A stretch of 24,000 nt of DNA from Conexibacter arvalis (GTDB lineage: Bacteria; Actinomycetota; Thermoleophilia; Solirubrobacterales; Solirubrobacteraceae), in contig NZ_JACHNU010000005.1 in NCBI RefSeq assembly GCF_014199525.1, positions 295,255 to 319,254 of the forward strand, given 5' to 3'. This document shows positions 21,418 to 24,000 of this stretch, piece after piece. Position numbers and translations under genes: made by a program. The number at the start of each line of letters is the position of its first letter. Within the stretch, counting starts at the first letter, position 1. Under the pieces are notes generated by a model. That model was not told the DNA's origin. It ran no database searches and saw nothing but the letters and a program-made list of their open reading frames with translations.

Positions 21418-22089
21418 ATGTACGTGATCATCGCGGGCGCCGGCAAGGTCGGCTGGAACCTCGCGCGCGAGCTGCTCGCCAAGCAGCACGAGGTGACGCT
21501 GATCGAGGACGACCGCCGTCGCTACCTGGTCGTCGAGCAGGAGCTGGAGCACGCCGTCCAGTACGGCGACGCGACCGAGCTGTGGGTGCTCGAGCGCGCC
21601 GGCATCCAGCGCGCCGACCTCGTGATCGCCGTCACCGGCGACGACGAGGACAACATGCTGATCTGCCAGGTCGCGAAGGAGAAGTACCTGACGCAGCGGA
21701 TCGTCGCGCGCGTCAACAACCCGCGCAACCTGCAGCACTTCAGACTGCTCGGGATCCAGCCGGCCGTCTCGGCGACCGACCTGATCCTGCGCCTGATCGA
21801 GCACGAGGTGCCGCAGTACGGCCTCGTGCAGCTGCTCGCGCTCGAGGGGGAGCGGCTGGAGATCATCGAGCTCGAGGTCTCCGAGGGCGCACCGGCGGCC
21901 GGCCGCAAGGTCGGCGACGTGTCGCTGCCCGACGGAGCGCTGATCATCTCGGTGCTGCGCGACGGCGGCGGCTTCGTGCCGAAGTCCGACACCGTGATCG
22001 AGGCCGGCGATGAGGTGCTGCTGATCCTCGACCCGGGCCTCGAGTCGGCGATCACGCCCCAGTTCACGACGAGCGCGGCGGCGGCGTGA
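21418..22089 (+). CDS. trkA: TrkA/KtrA-type RCK protein (TrkA-N + TrkA-C domains)
   Basis: In frame with track ORF 21382..22089. MYVIIAGAGKVGWNLARELLAKQHEVTLIEDD, VIAVTGDDEDNMLICQVAK, and C-lobe EIIELEVSEGAPAAGRKVGDVSLPDGALIISVLRDGGGFVPKSDTVIEAGDEVLLI. ATG 21418 is preferred, but TTG 21382 has a strong SD (AAGGAGG, 21369..21375) and would overlap the upstream gene by 17 bp. Confidence 0.85.
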   Translation: MYVIIAGAGKVGWNLARELLAKQHEVTLIEDDRRRYLVVEQELEHAVQYGDATELWVLERAGIQRADLVIAVTGDDEDNMLICQVAKEKYLTQRIVARVNNPRNLQHFRLLGIQPAVSATDLILRLIEHEVPQYGLVQLLALEGERLEIIELEVSEGAPAAGRKVGDVSLPDGALIISVLRDGGGFVPKSDTVIEAGDEVLLILDPGLESAITPQFTTSAAAA

Positions 22090-23339
22090 TGGCCGACCGG
22101 CACGTCGACCACCTGCTGATCGGCGGCGGGCTCGCCTCCGCCAACTGCGCCCGCTGGCTGCGCGAGGAGGGCGCCGACGGCGAGATCCTGCTCGTCGGGC
22201 GCGAGTCCGACCCGCCGTACAACCGCCCGCCGCTGTCGAAGGGCTACATGCAGGGCAGGGAGTCGCGCGACGAGGCCTACTTCCGCCCGGACGAGTGGTG
22301 GAGGCTGCAGCGGATCGACCTGCGCACGCGCACGAGCGTGATGAAGCTCGACACGGCCGCGAAGGAGGCGACGCTGTCGACGAAGGAGGTCGTCTCCTTC
22401 GACACGGCGCTGGTCGCGACCGGCGCGATGGTCAGACGGATCCCGGCCGACGGCAGCGAGCTCGACGGGATCCACTACCTGCGCGCCTTCGGCAACTCCG
22501 ACGCGATCAGAGCCGACGCGGCCGGCAGACGGGTCGTCCTGATCGGCGGCTCCTACATTGGCTGCGAGGTCGCCGCGTCGCTGACGGCGATCGGCGCCCA
22601 GGCGACGATCGTGATGCTGGAGGAGTTCACGCTCGAGCGCGGCTTCGGCAAGCAGGCCGGCCGCTGGCTCCAGCAGCGGCTGGAGGAGCACGGCGTGCGC
22701 GTGATCGCCCAGGACAGGCTGGCCCGCTTCGAGGGCTCCGGCGGGCGCGTCACCGCGGTCGTGACCGAGGGCGGCGAGTCGATCCCCGCCGACGCGGTCG
22801 TGATCGGCGCCGGCGTGATGCCCGACGTGATGCTCGCCCGCGCGGCGAGACTGGAGCTCGACGACGAGCGCGGCGGGATCCTCTGCGACAGCCGCCTGAG
22901 AACCTCGGCCGACGGGATCTACGCCGCCGGCGACGTCGCCTCCTACGACAGCGTCGTCCACGGCCGGCGGATCCGCGTCGAGCACTGGGACGTCGCCTTC
23001 AACCAGGGCCGGACGGCCGCGCTGAACATGCTCGGCCGCGACGTGCCGCACGACGTCGTCCCGTACTTCTTCTCCGATCTCGCCGACTGGGCGTCGCTGG
23101 AGTACGTCGGCCCGGCGGCGTCGTGGGATCGCGAGATCGTGCGCGGCTCCTTCGACGAGGGAGCCTTCAGCGTCTGGTACCTCGACGGCGCCCGCGTCGC
23201 CGGCGCGCTGTCGATCGGCCGCTCCGACGACCTCGAGGAGGCGCGTCGGCTGATCGCAGCGCGGGTCGAGCTGGACGACGGGGAGCAGGCGAGGCTCGGC
23301 GATGCGGCGACGGAGCTCGCCGCGATCGGCGCGCGGTAG
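22089..23339 (+). CDS. FAD-dependent NAD(P)H pyridine-nucleotide-disulfide-family oxidoreductase (ferredoxin-reductase/AIF-like)
   Basis: Track ORF 22086..23339 (GTG 22086 or ATG 22089, both overlapping the trkA stop TGA 22087..22089). HLLIGGGLASANCARWLRE (FAD GxGxxA), DPPYNRPPLSK, LVATGA, VVLIGGSYIGCEVAASL (NAD(P) site), IYAAGDVA, HWDVA, plus the reductase C-terminal dimerisation region. Confidence 0.85.
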   Translation: MADRHVDHLLIGGGLASANCARWLREEGADGEILLVGRESDPPYNRPPLSKGYMQGRESRDEAYFRPDEWWRLQRIDLRTRTSVMKLDTAAKEATLSTKEVVSFDTALVATGAMVRRIPADGSELDGIHYLRAFGNSDAIRADAAGRRVVLIGGSYIGCEVAASLTAIGAQATIVMLEEFTLERGFGKQAGRWLQQRLEEHGVRVIAQDRLARFEGSGGRVTAVVTEGGESIPADAVVIGAGVMPDVMLARAARLELDDERGGILCDSRLRTSADGIYAAGDVASYDSVVHGRRIRVEHWDVAFNQGRTAALNMLGRDVPHDVVPYFFSDLADWASLEYVGPAASWDREIVRGSFDEGAFSVWYLDGARVAGALSIGRSDDLEEARRLIAARVELDDGEQARLGDAATELAAIGAR

Positions 23340-23412
23340 CGCGAGCCGCCGGGGCTGGGAGGTCGGAGATCGCCTTCGCCGCAGCCACCGGAGCGCCGCC
23401 CACCGCCCGCCG

Positions 23413-24000
23413 ATGACGCCCGCCGAGGAGACGCGCGAGCGGATCGCGACCCTGGCGGTGACGCTGCGCGCCTTCACGCACGCGGCCGGCGCCGAGGCGG
23501 CGATCCTCCTGCTCGACCGCGGCGACGGCGGCCAGCCGTTCGTCGTCGACTGTCCGCAGGAGGGGTTCGTGACGCTGGCCGAGGGCGAGCAGCTGGTCGA
23601 GCTCGACCCCGCGCGCCTGGCGGCCGAACCGCTGCCGGTCCCGTCCGTTCGCCCGCTCGGCCCGTTCGCCATCGCCGCCCTGCGCGCCGAGCTGACCGCG
23701 ATCGCCGACGACGGACGGAGCGACCCCGACCTCCCGGCGGTCGCCGCAGACCCGGTCGTCGTGCCGGGCGCGGCCGCAGGCACAGGGGTCGGGGGCGGGG
23801 CGGGCGAGGCGCGGATCGCGCCGCTCGCACGGGCGCTGCGCGAGCTGACGGCCGGCTTCCCGGGGCGCAGCGTCCTCAGCGCGATCTTCGTCACGAACGA
23901 CCCCGAACGGCCGCTCCAGCTGACCGCCCGCGCCGGCGACGCGATGATCGCCTCGCTCGGCGAAGAGCAGTTCGAGCTCCCCGCTCGCTGGCCGCGCTGA
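23413..24000 (+). CDS. Hypothetical protein (195 aa), no recognisable motif
   Basis: In frame with track ORF 23302..24000, ATG 23413, and the stop TGA is the last 3 nt of the window. The sequence is plausibly globular, with an Ala/Gly/Pro loop in the middle. The coding call is based on length and the lack of alternatives. Confidence 0.4.
   Translation: MTPAEETRERIATLAVTLRAFTHAAGAEAAILLLDRGDGGQPFVVDCPQEGFVTLAEGEQLVELDPARLAAEPLPVPSVRPLGPFAIAALRAELTAIADDGRSDPDLPAVAADPVVVPGAAAGTGVGGGAGEARIAPLARALRELTAGFPGRSVLSAIFVTNDPERPLQLTARAGDAMIASLGEEQFELPARWPR

Noticed and set aside
18713-23894. Minus-strand ORFs 18713..21226 (837 aa) and 21522..23894 (790 aa)
   Set aside because: Antisense to the APC2, trkA and oxidoreductase genes, with Arg/Asp/Gly-rich low complexity typical of high-GC shadow ORFs.
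1-24000. Mobile element, prophage, genomic island or canonical defence system
   Set aside because: I saw no transposase, integrase, recombinase, tRNA attachment site, terminal inverted repeats or compositional break. Gene content is mostly housekeeping and transport. The STAND ATPase lacks any visible nuclease, protease or TIR effector.

Overview
Very GC-rich (about 70%+ by eye, not computed), gene-dense window. The t6A gene order, rex, an LPXTG protein and TrkA pairs suggest a high-GC Gram-positive (Actinomycetota-like) chromosome; this taxon is inferred, not verified. I support 23 CDSs, 21 of them on the + strand, and 8 junctions have overlapping stop/start codons (GTGA, ATGA, TGATG). Order: partial Rossmann protein (-), family-4 uracil-DNA glycosylase, NB-ARC/STAND ATPase with C-terminal HTH, LPXTG repeat surface protein, tsaE, CAP/SCP-domain protein (-), tsaB-rimI-tsaD-glutaredoxin-like, rex, YbdK-type carboxylate-amine ligase, hypothetical, membrane H+-pyrophosphatase, MFS-like transporter, secreted beta-sandwich protein, DMT-like membrane protein. 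The last block is a tightly coupled operon: APC permease::Usp, a 64-aa membrane peptide, a second APC permease::Usp, TrkA-N, TrkA-N+C and an FAD/NAD(P)H oxidoreductase, followed by a hypothetical. I saw no rRNA, tRNA, CRISPR, transposase, integrase or recognisable defence genes. The best candidate for something undescribed is that APC::Usp / TrkA (RCK) / FAD-reductase operon, which has no TrkH/KtrB-type partner in the window. Secondary leads: the STAND ATPase with an odd middle domain, a QLGLF clamp-binding-like C-terminus on the UDG, an Arg-rich repeat tail on the CAP protein that interrupts the t6A cluster, a perfect 10-bp-arm palindrome in the putative hppA promoter, and an exact 50-bp tandem repeat/hairpin array after hppA. 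The many long antisense or off-frame ORFs in the track are treated as high-GC artefacts. All family calls come from motif recognition by eye; no searches were run.
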